Assembly (NCBI GenBank): GCA_002633005.1
Contig: NMRA01000831.1
Span: 25,092-89,091 of the forward strand
DNA length: 64,000 nucleotides
Origin: Phoronis australis
Lineage: Eukaryota > Animalia > Phoronida
Direction: 5' to 3'
The position numbers and the translations under genes were made by a program. The notes under the pieces were generated by a model. That model saw nothing but the letters and a program-made list of their open reading frames with translations, did not search any database and was not told the origin of the DNA. Each line of letters opens with the position of its first letter. The first letter of the stretch is position 1. Shown piece by piece: positions 28,101 through 40,100 of this stretch.

Positions 28101-31100
28101 TGATCTGTCCTACAAGAACATCGGCAACACTTTTCCTCAAATAACTTCTCTGAGAACCCTCGTCAAAAAATACGCATACCGTACAAACTTTACCGGTTGA
28201 ACTGACTGCCTTTGCTTTAACAGTCTTTAACAAAACACAATTTGAATGAGTCAGCTGATCAGGACTCGATTCATCCACACAACATGATGCCTGGGTCTCT
28301 GCTGAAGTAACACTAGGTTTGCTGCTATTGCTATGACTACCACACAAATGTTAACTGCAGTCAAGTTTATCAGCTGAACGCGAACTCTGGTGATTATTGT
28401 ATGATAACTGAACCACATGGACACTAGTATGGTGCAAACCACCACACTTATTTGTCGACTGGCAGGACCGCACAGTGTGACTAGACAGTAAAGACCGTTG
28501 TTGATGCCGTGCATCATTTTTTGTCATTAGTTATTGTGTTTTGTTTACTTATCACGCTGTTTATTTTCTTTATAGGTTGCAGTACATCTTTCGTCGTTGT
28601 GATTGGGTTTCTTTTAGTAAACCGGTTCATTCCAGTGACTACAATAGCATTTGCATAGTCTAATAGCGGGATAAGTTACGATTAAAACTTTGTGTAAATT
28701 GTTTTCGCCAACAAATTACGGTGAAATTTAGTTAGACATATCTTTACTTACTATTCTTCACGATTTAACAATGTTCACCAAATTTCAGCCTCGCAGTTGT
28801 TACTCATTAAGTGATAAGTGTGCTCACAATTCCCGTTGGACTTCGTCTCATTTCTGGCGGCACCAACAACATGGCGACTTTTGCTGAACTGAAAGGCATG
28901 TTCAATCGGCTACTTTGTAATTTGTGAAGATTTAACGTTAATACATTTTGACAAACGTTGCTACAGAAAAAAAACACTTAATTTTCGTGTTTTTTGAGCA
29001 AAAATATAAGATATATTTGAATTATTTTACTGTAAATTTCCCATTCAGGTGATCTTACACTAAGCTAAAAAAATAGTTGAAATAATTTTGAAATGGTTTT
29101 TTGTTTGACTGTCAACTGCTGTTCAAGACTTGATTCGGTGTCACAAAATGATTCATATTTTTCTAAATTTTAAGTCTCAATTGCTTTCAAGTCATGTTTT
29201 GTAACTTATTGCTTCTTAAGTCAGGTTATCAAGTCAACAATATGAATAATCTTAATTTGAGAAATAAGCTATGTTGGATTGTGAAGCTTCAAGCCTCTAA
29301 TTCTTGTTCCTTGCAACTTCATATTTTTTTAAATGATGCTTGTCAAATTCTGGTGAAAGGAAACACTATTCCGTCACCATGGTAATAGTTACACGTATGT
29401 CCACTTTCTTATAATGGAAACTGTTGCTGTTGAATAGTGTTTGTAATGCTAAATGTTGTAAAGTATTGGGCATTTTAAGTTACTTATTATGCTAAAAGTT
29501 TGAATCATTTTGGGTTAATGAATAAACAAGAGCAACGCAGAGCGTTGAAATGCGCCCACACTTGCACCGTATACGGTAACCTTCTAGGGTTGTTTATTGG
29601 TACCATAAAGTGGCCAGTAGAGGGTATATATGTAGTATGTTGTACTTTGCAAAATGGAAAGGCATGGTCATTGTCTCCTCAATAGGCTAGGGGCAAAATG
29701 TGAGTGATCTTCACAGTACAAGCACATCCTCTACATCAGTTGCTTAAAGTGTAATTTGCAAGGTCCAAGTAAGTTAAATTGCAATAATATCTTCAAGGTA
29801 TTACTATTTGGATGTATTTTATTTAAATCATCGTATTATTCTGTCTTGTTATTTTTAAAAAGCGAAAATAAGAAAATGCGCGAAAAGTTGACCTTTGACA
29901 CCGTGACATGGTGTTGGGGAACACAAACCAGATCATATCCCACAACGCAGTTCACTGCTATTATATCACAGTACACGAAGAACAAAGACCGTTCAACCTT
30001 GGCGTGTTTTAGCCATGGTGCATCTGTGTGTGTTCTAACGATTTTAACACCACTCAGGTGGAAGGCATGAGCCCATTTCAATTTTAAAAAGACAAGCATC
30101 TGGCTGCATAATGGCAGGTTTTCGTGTGCTCTGCTCGTCTTTTGAAAATGACTGTCGAGTCAGCCATCTGTCGGAGCCGAAATATGCTCCGACCATTTTG
30201 AGGACGGCTGCTTTGACGACAAACACATCATGAAGGTTGAAGCTGGTCTTATAAAAAAGTAAGTTACCTTGAGAATTTTGATGTCTAATAATTCATGACG
30301 CTTTCGCAGTGCCTGAACAATAACAATCTTTTTTCACAACCATCGTAGTTCTCAAGTGTTTAAAATCTGTTGTTTTTCCGTGAAAGATTTAGTTATAAAT
30401 GGATCAGTAAAACTAAAAGCCACAATAAATAAAGCTGATCTCAAAAGATGCATGTATTTTGAAGAGCATGCAGACTATGAATAAAGTAAAACAGGATGGT
30501 AACTCAATTCCAAGGTTTTGATTATTAAAGCAGTCTGCTTCAAAAAAAAAACAGGATTAAAATCTAGTTCTGGCATTTGCTTGAAGGTTATAAAAGAAGG
30601 CGAAAACTTGCAATTAGATATCATCGTGTTTTACTTTAATCATGGACTACTCTGGATTCAAAATGTTTTATTTTTTTTACTTTTGAATTGCCGCTGCTGT
30701 GCTTTTCAGAGTATGTAAATGAAAGGAGAACACCTTCCACTTAGTGCGGAACAAAAGAGATGCTGGAGATCTTAAAATTCACTTAGAAATTGATGCCCCT
30801 CCAATGCCGACTGCTGGTGCTCCAGATTTGTCCAAGGAGGATGCCGTGGCACAGATAAATTCAGACTTGGTGCTTTGTCAATAGACAGCACTGGAATTTC
30901 TTTCCGTCACATGTTTAACAGTCACTACCAATGTTTGAGATCAAATTTTTGATAGTGGTACAGATAGCAATGCCAGAGTGTTTATAGTACCAGTAGTGGA
31001 AATTGTGAAAAGCTTTTGTGTGTGGCATTTGGCTGTCCCATTTCTATAGATAAACCCAGTGATATACTATGTTCTTATATTGAAACTAGTGGCAGATTTA

Positions 31101-34100
31101 GAGGGGGGCCATGCCCCCCTAAAATTCTCCCAGATTCCATTTGACTGTTCAGGGGTGCGAATGTCTGACGGGCAAAATCCTGACTAATACCATGCCCTGG
31201 CCCCCCTAACTCAAAATCCTGGATCCGCACCTGGAAACATTTCAATGGTTCTTCAATACAATGACTATAAATATTACGGCATCATAGCTTTTTTAAGTAT
31301 ATTAATTTTGATTTGCACTACACTGTTGCTGTCCCATACAGTGGGTCGGTATTGGAAGACTTTCTTAAGTGGGGGTGAAAAGGTACTTGTTTGGGTCGTC
31401 AGTCTTTTCGTGCGACAATCTCATCTAAATTGTACACAGAATAATCACTTGCACAGAATTCGAACATTGTCTTGGGAATTTTTGAGTGAGTGGTATCAGC
31501 ACTCCCTACAGATTTCCCACTTCCTACTCATGTGCATACTTTTTGTGTTTTCATACCATGACATAGACATCTAAAGCTATTGCATACTGGAGCTTATGGG
31601 TTGAGATTCAGTGGTTGCTGTGTCGTGTTATTTGATTTCTCATTGAATTACAGTAGAACTCGCTACGTTGTATCCAGTGAGACTGAGATATTTCATCAAA
31701 GTTAGAGTTATTTGGAGGCGTTACTGCGGAATTAATGCTAACCTTTCTAAAGTTCCCACTGAAGCGCTACCAATTTAGAGAGTTCTACTGTATAAGAAGA
31801 GGGCAGAAGATTCAGTCTCGACTTCAGACTATGGCCCAGATTCAAAACTTTTAACTTTTTATGCAACAGCCATACTGTTCAATGTGTTCGCTTCAAGCAC
31901 ACAAACTGGGCTCCAATGAGACAAATTCCTCTGTTTACCTAGGTAAACCATAACTTTAAGTGATGTTGAGTTTAGAGGTTTATACATGTAGTCCTCGTTA
32001 AATTACACTTGTCCTGACCATGTTATCATAAGTAACCAGATTGATGAGCATCAATAAATGCTGCTCGCTGTGTTAATTATTTACCATTCTGAAACCACAG
32101 AAGTCTATTCATGGAATGCCTAATTCAATTTCATGCCGCTGAGGTTGCACTGCGATTGCATTCGTTTGTTACGATGTTTGATCTTTCTATGGAATTTGTC
32201 ACTACAACTTTTTGCAACTCGTTTGAATTACATAAAACTAGTTCCCGAGTCACAAGTTTTTATAACAGAATGCATAGGTCATGTGGAGGAGTTGGCATTC
32301 CAGGGCTAAGACAACTGTTGATATCTATAAATGGGTGAAGCTTAAGAAAATCCTTGGAACTCAAAAGTCTTCCTCATTTCCTGGCGGAGGGTAGAAAGCT
32401 CAGATGCAGGCTACTGCACATGCTAGAATGACAACACGGGCAGTTTGTCTTGAGTGACCGTGTACCCATTTTTGGAACTGTCTGTAGGCCACGTGTCAAA
32501 TCCTTTTATCCAAGGGTCTGTCATAGCCATCAGGATATTGGCTTTTGTACTGCAACAATGCAGTCTCCAAAACACCACGATTGATGTATACAGGTTTAAA
32601 CCCCCATGCTCCACAATACATTTTTTTCTTCGGTGTTAGTTGTCACGCTTCATTTCTTCATCAAGTTTTGCAACAACCTTGTCAACCTCTTGGCAACATA
32701 CTCTTTCTTCAACAACTGAGGTTGTCTGACAGTTGCCCCAGGTGCACCTGCAAGATGTGTCAACAATAATACATTATTTCAGTAAACATCAAAATTTCAT
32801 ATTGAAAAATTTACCAAGAGTGCCTCTACCAAATTTAGGGGTCTGCATACGACTTCAGTTTTCAGGAAAATTGATTGGAACATCACAACCTATTTATTTT
32901 TTGCACAAATTGATCATATATAGTAAAGATATTTACTTATCATACAAATGAATAGTGCTACACCCAAGGCAGTGGTAGATCATACCCGGGGGATATAGTA
33001 ATGGACATTAGTTGTTTGATTTTTAGCTGACCCTAAGACAAAAGGTAGTTGCCCTGATTCATTGATGGAGGGGACTTTTTGTATGTAGTCGTGAGACCTG
33101 TTCTCCCAATCTGAATCCTATCGGCACCCACATACCATTAATCAAACTAGACAATGACAATGGGGCAAACCAACTTGAAAAGCAGTGTTGCCACTCAAAG
33201 GGTCCCCCATATTTTAAATATTACAGTATACATTAAAACTTCTTGATATGCTATATGGGCAATCACCAATCCAATGGTATGCTCTCTTTACTCTATAGAA
33301 ACTTTACCCGGCGGTTCCTACCCAAGTCGACTCGTAACCAAGCCATGTACCATAAATAATGGCAACATTGGGTCAATGTACATCGACATGAAATGGTCGT
33401 TTCCATTTCAAGCATCGCCTTACAAAATAAAACTGTTTTGGAACACATGTGTAGATTGATATAGGTCCGAGTCGACTTGAGTACGAAAATGAAATGACTT
33501 GTTCTATAACCTATAGAATTATGCCGTCCCCCAGCACCAAGGTGAGAAAGTCTAAATTATAAAATTGCAATTCTTTCATCCTCTTCCTTACAATTCACAG
33601 TCGATTTTTCCAAAGTGGTTCTCATTCATTCCCTCGCATACATTTACTCACTCACTAGTAACACCCAGCTCGGTCTCGGAGAAGAAAGAGACAGTTTTGT
33701 TCAATGCTTATAATTGCATGCCAGTGAAACCCAGGATTCGAACCTGAGTCTCACGAGCTCAAATCACTGAGCCACACTGTCTACAAACAATCAGAGACAT
33801 GACACTTTTTGAGTGATTTGCTAAAATGCAAAAAAATCCACTTTTATCACTGAAACTGGCATTTATCCACGGCTGAAACACCATTCACCAATGGGGATAT
33901 GGGCGCCTGGGACTGACCGGTAAAGCACCTACTTTTGAATTAAAAAAAGACCAAGTTATAATTCACGGTTGTAGGATACATATTGATAATATTCTTACCA
34001 ATCACTAACATCTCATCGCATTTCCTGCGCACCTTCAGCCTGTTGACGTTCACAGGACGAACCCGCTGGGAGTGAGTCTTCGGCGACCAGAGAAAGGGCC

Positions 34101-37100
34101 GTGAAAGAGATCGAGGGTGAACGGCTCCACTACAGAAAAGCTGTGAACACATATTGTTCCTCTGGGATCTGTCACCTCCACCTCCACGTCTGAAAGGTCG
34201 GAATCATCTGAAAAGTCCACCTGTCCGTCCCTGTATCGTTCAAAGTATTCCTCATCTACGCTGCTGTACTCACTTGGACACACATTGTTCCCTTTGTGTT
34301 CCCCAACACCATGTCACAGATGTGCAACCAACGAAAATGGCGCCGTTTCTATTCTCCGTTACAACGATGGCGTTACAACACCACGGCACTAAATATGTAA
34401 ATAACTTTGTATAGCGGCGTACAATTCAGTTAATGTTAAGAATATAGCAATGATAATTATAAACCAGAATTTAGACCATATTGTTGTTCAGATTGGTTTG
34501 GACCTTGCAATTTCCTCTTTAAAGCACAACAGAAACATAGAATTAAAAACAAATTTACCAACATACGAGATTAGCACAGCATTAGAATTCCAAAAACAAA
34601 TTTCTACATGGAACTTTTCCTTCATAGTCACGAAGTAACACAAAGTATACAGCTGAAGACCTATGAAAATACAGAGGTCAATGTAAAATACTTAAATTGC
34701 CACTAGAGGCATACCGGTATTCAGAATCATCCTAAAGTCGTCATCGTCCGTTGTCAACATCACATAAATACACTTGCTAAATTTAGTAAAGATCCTGCAA
34801 ACGGTTTGGGAGATACAGCCATGGGCGCAAAAAAACAAAACTGCCACTAGGAGGCGCCACAGTAGTCCAAATCGTCTGAAAATCATTGTCAGCTGTCTTC
34901 CTTATAGTAAGCACATACACGCCAATTTTCACAATCATCCTTTGAGCGGTTTGGTTGATAGAGGGGTGGACGCAAAAATACAGACTCGAAAACAGTAAAA
35001 ATGGCCACTAGGTGGCGCAAACTACGTCGAATCCATCTGAAAACAGTAGGATAGCGTCATCTCACTAATAGGTGCCTACATACCAAATTTCATGAAAATC
35101 CGTTCAATACTTTTGAAGATACAAAGGTAAGCGTAAAAAACTAAAATTGCCACTAGGGGGCACACCGGTAGTCGGATCCGACCAAAAGTCGTCATCTTCC
35201 GTTGTTAACATCATATAAATATACTTACACAATTTGTAAAGATCCTGCGAACGGTTTAGGAGATACAGCCATAGGCGCAAAAAAACAAAACTGCCACTAG
35301 GAGGCGCCACAGTAGTCGAAATCGTCGGAAAATCATCGTCAACCATCCTCTACATAGTAAGCATATACATGCCAATTTTCACAATCATCCTTTGAGCGGT
35401 TTGGTTGATAGAGGGGTGGACGCACAAAAACAGACTCGAAAACACTAAAAATGGCCACTAGGTGGCGCAAACTATGTCGAATCCATCTGAAAACGGGAGG
35501 ATAGCGTCATCTCACTAATAGGTGCCTACATACCAAATTTCATGAAAATCCAATAAGGACTTGTGAAGATACAAAGGTAAGCGTAAAAAAATTAAAATTG
35601 CCACTAGGGGGCACACCGGTAGTCGGATCCGTCCAAAAGTCGTCATCTTCCGTTGTTAACATCATATAAATATACTTACACAATTTCGTAAAGATCCTGC
35701 GAACGGTTTAGGAGATACAGCCATAGGCGCAAAAAAACAAAACTGCCACTAGGAGGCGCCACAGTAGTCGAAATCGTCGGAAAATCATCGTCAACCGTCC
35801 TCTACATAGTAAGCATATACATGCCAATTTTCACAATCATCCTTTGAGCGGTTTGGTTGATAGAGGGGTGGACGCACAAAAACAGACTCGAAAACAATAA
35901 AAATGGCCACTAGATGGCGCAAACTATGTCGAATCCATCTGAAAACTAGAGGATAGCGTCATCTCACTAATAGGTGCCTACATACCAAATTTCATGAAAA
36001 TCCGTTCAGGACTTTTGAAGATACAAAGGTAAGCGTAAAAAATTAAAATTGCCACTAGGGGGCACACCGGTAGTCGGATCCGTCCGAAAGTTCGCACATC
36101 CCGTCCCATTTATGAATGGAACATATGTGCCAAATTTCATGAACGTATGTCAAAGGGTTTTGGAGATAGAGCAGCAGACGCCGGACGGACACCGCACGGA
36201 CGGACGGAGATGACGGCATAATGCGTCCATATATAAATATGTGGGCGCATAAAAATGATAATATGTTGTATTGGACTTGTCATACTTATGTGCTCGAACG
36301 AGCCCCTTTTTGGAGAACTGTAAAAAGGTCTGCCTCAGTCACAGACTGAGCACGAATTCCGAAAAAAGTAGAAAATGAGACAATATTCCACTAGAAGACA
36401 GGAAGTACCAAAATTTAGAGTCTACAATTCATAGCTCTGAACATACCCACTGAATATTATAGTAAAAGATAGACATTCCTAAAAATTCCAGCCCCCCCCA
36501 TTCTTTTAGTCTTGGTGCGCTCATACAAAGTCTAAGAAAATCTCTATTGAAAGCCAATAACTTTGCACAGTTCGCCAGAAGTACCCAAGTTCTAAATAAA
36601 CCTCGTTTGAGAGAGCGCTGTGGCCAGCGACCAGTTAGGCCTAAGGGTAGCCTTGGCGCAAAGCTGTATAGGCCTACTAACAAGCTGTATTTTGACGATA
36701 GTCTTCACAGTTGCTGGTGACTCAAGCTAACTAAGGTCTGCCGTGGCAGTGTGACACAGGACTAACCAGCCCGTAATTTCATGCAAGTGTCTGAAACTAC
36801 CCTTGAATATATGCAGCAATTATGATTTGATCATTTTACTTCGACAAAACAGCTTGCAACCGCATGCATTTACCGTTCGCCAGTGTCTGGTCTCGATCTG
36901 CACCGGGTCCGATAGGCTGCGGTCCCGAGTCTGGCAAAATAATTTCTATCAAAATTTATTCGCCACATTTCTTCAGCAAATTCGATAAAACTGTCCGTAG
37001 TTTGATTTTATTAAAATTAAGGCGCGCTGTGGATTATTTTATCCCAGTTTGCTGGCTGGTAACAGTACAGGCACTGCTCCAGTTGCACTGACGGCGTTTT

Positions 37101-40100
37101 CTCGGCCTGCGTTCCTGAATGAATTGTACTTCCGGGTTCGCGGTAAGTTCAAAATGGCGGTAGTTCTTCGGGTGCGAATCGTGAGAGGCGCATTCATTTA
37201 AACTTTTTTTCGAGTACGGATCTTGTATTAGTTATGGGGTAAGTAATTCTTGGATCCTGATAACATCCTCTAACCATGTAATAAGGGTTAACAACGCGCG
37301 AGATAACGACTTTAAGTATCTGTGGCTACAGATGCAGGTTTGACTTACTTTTCTTCCACGCAGTGGTCACCAGAACCAATGTAGAAAGCAGACTGAGGTT
37401 GGTTTACCACATTACTCCTGTAAAATAAAAATTTAAATAACACGTAGCACCACAACTAATTAACAGCAACAAGAGCAACGCAGAGCGTTGAAATGCGCCC
37501 ACAATTGCACCGTATACGGTATCCTTCTAGGGTTGTTTATTGGTACCATTAAGTGGCCAGTAGAGGGCAAATATGTAGTATGTTGTACTTTGCAAAATGG
37601 AAAGGCATGGTCATTGTCTCCTCAATAGGCTAGGGACAAAATGTGAGTGATCTTCATAATACAAGCACATCCTATACACCAGTTGCTTAAAGCACCACAG
37701 AAACATAGAATTAAAAACAAATTTACCAACATACGAGATTAGCACAGCATTAGAATGCCAGAAACAAATTTCTACATGGAACTTTTCCTTCATAGTCACG
37801 AAGTAACACAAAGTATACACCTGAAGACGTATGAAAATATAGAGGTCAATGTAAAATACTAAAATTGCCACTAGAGGCATACCGGTAGTCAGAATCATTC
37901 TAAAGTCGTCATCGTCCATTGTCAACATCACATAAATACACTTGCTAAATTTAGTAAAGATAATGCAAACGGTTTGGGAGATACAGCCATGGGCGCAAAA
38001 AAAAAACTGCCACTAGGAGGCGCCACAGTAATCAAAGTCATGGGAAACTCACGAGTCAACCGTCCTCTTCATAGTAAGAACATACATGCCAATTTTCACA
38101 ATCATACTTAGAGCGGTTTGGTTGATAGAGGAGTGGACGCCAAAAAACAGACTCAAAAACAGTAAAAATGGCCACTAGGTGTTGCAAACTAGGTCGAATC
38201 CATCCGAAAACGGGAGGATAGCGTCACCGCACTAATAGGTGCCTACATACCAAATTTCATGAAAATCCGTTAAGGACTTGTGAAGATACAGAGCTAAAAG
38301 TAAAAAAATAAAATTGCCACTAGGAGGCACACTGTTAGGCGGATCCGTGCAAAAGTCATCATCAACTGTTTTAATATCATATAAATATACTTATTAAATT
38401 TCATAAAGATCCTGCGAACGGTTTAGGAGATACAGCCATAGGCCCAAAAAAAACAAAACTGCCACTAGGAGGCGCCACAGTAGTCGAAATCGTCGGAAAA
38501 TCATCGTCAATCGTCCTCTACATAGTAAGCATATACATGCCAATTTTCACAATCATCCTTTGAGCGGTTTGGTTGATAGAGTGGTGGACGCACAAAAACA
38601 GACTCGAAAACACTAAAAATGGCCACTAGGTGGCGCAAACTATGTCGAATCCATCTGAAAACAGGAGGATAGCGTCATCTCACTAATAGATGCCTACATA
38701 CCAAATTTCATGAAAATCCGTTCAAAACTTTTGAAGATACAAAGGTAAGAGTAAAAAACTAAAATTGCCACTAGGGGGCACACTGGTAATCGGATCCGTC
38801 CGAAAGTTCGCACATGCCGTCCCATTCATGAATGGAACATAAGTGTTAAATTTCATGAACATATGTCAAAGGGTTTTGGAGATAGAGCAGCGGACGCCGG
38901 ACGTACGCCGGACGTACGCCGCCTGTACGGACGGACGGAGATGACGGCATAATGCATCCACATACAAATATGTGGGCGCATAAAAACAGCACAAAGGAGC
39001 TTCTGAAGTAGCTTTGCACCGATTGCGCCGCTGAGGGCAAAAAAACTGGCCAAATAAAATCTGACCAAAAATTTGTGTAATTAAAAAATACAATATTCCT
39101 TGAGTAAACTAAATTATTTACTGGTGTTGAAAAAATTGGCGTTCTGTGGCAGTTTCTTTTTGCGCCGATTCTTAAATCAACTGTTCTTCCCTCACAAGGT
39201 TGTGTAAAAGTCACAAAAAAATTCAGAGCTGCTTTCATTTCGTTACAAGTTTTAAGTATTTTAGTACCAGCAAACTGAATTTCAGAATAAACTTCGCTAC
39301 TGCGAAGCTGTCATCATCTCCCATGAGATATTGCAAGAATTTAGGACATGGCGTGTGCATATGTCACAAGCTTACTGTTTCCAAAACAATGACAGACTTT
39401 TCTTTGTAACAAAAGGCGGGGAATAATGCAAGAAAATGATGTTCATCAGATTGTTTTCACTTAAACAGCTGCAACAGCTAAGGTGAGTGTAGATTGACTT
39501 CCAGATTTTGCATGCACCCCCGCCGGTTGTTAACTCTATAGATTGATATAATTTTCATGGCAAGGTGACAAGCAGAAATACACGGTTTGTGTGAAACATT
39601 GGAGTCTAACAGAGCTCAACACAATGTGGTTAAACTAGCGTTATTTTGACGATAGGCTTCTTACGGCTAGTTGGCTGGCTACATCTCAAGTACCGTATTC
39701 GCCGTAATAACCGCCCAGGGCGCTTAGAAAAGTTCAGTTCAGGGGGGGCGCTTATTATAACCCAAGGCGGTTGAAACCCGGTCTCCAAAAAGGGTGAAAT
39801 CGGAAGCTAAGATTCATCAAATTTACGCTCTGTGACGTATATGTAATCTAGTATGAAAGACTTGCAACAAAACTGTGGAGCATTGCTATCAAACTTTGCT
39901 GCCAAATTACGATCAATTTACAGAAAATTGTGCTGAAATCCCAGAGCAAAAACTCGCCGACTGACTGCCTCGAAATCGCCGTCTTCGATATGGCGACTTC
40001 AATGCTTAAATAAAAATGGCTTCGACTCGAGCAAATTACCTGAAATCCTCATTAAGTTTTATAAGTAGCGTCTCTAAGATTTTTTTAGTTTCCGTGGACT

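Larger units (their letters stand above)
24245..28663. repeat. Segmental duplication copy A (paralogous to 37314-44224)
   Basis: Near-identical blocks throughout, e.g. ORFs 25164-25406 vs 40649-40891 and 27107-27400 vs 42744-42977. Confidence 0.92.
29524..36254. mobile_element. HINE/Helentron-like element (5' end 29524-29747, body 34519-36254) split by a Kolobok insertion; ~450 bp tandem core
   Basis: 5' AACAAGAGCAACGCAGAGCGTTGAAATGCGCCCAC; GATCCTGC(G/A)AACGGTTT recurs at 34791, 35241 and 35693; 3' (GGAC)n...GTGGGCGCATAAAAA. Confidence 0.75.

Noticed and set aside
34790-36100. CRISPR-like regular repeats
   Set aside because: The intervening sequences are themselves repeated (satellite core of a HINE-like element); eukaryotic context, no cas genes.
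37349-37417. RHIM-like amyloid motif in SAFYIGSGDH
   Set aside because: Core is FYIG rather than (I/V)Q(I/V)G and the twin exon reads FYSG; too weak to claim.
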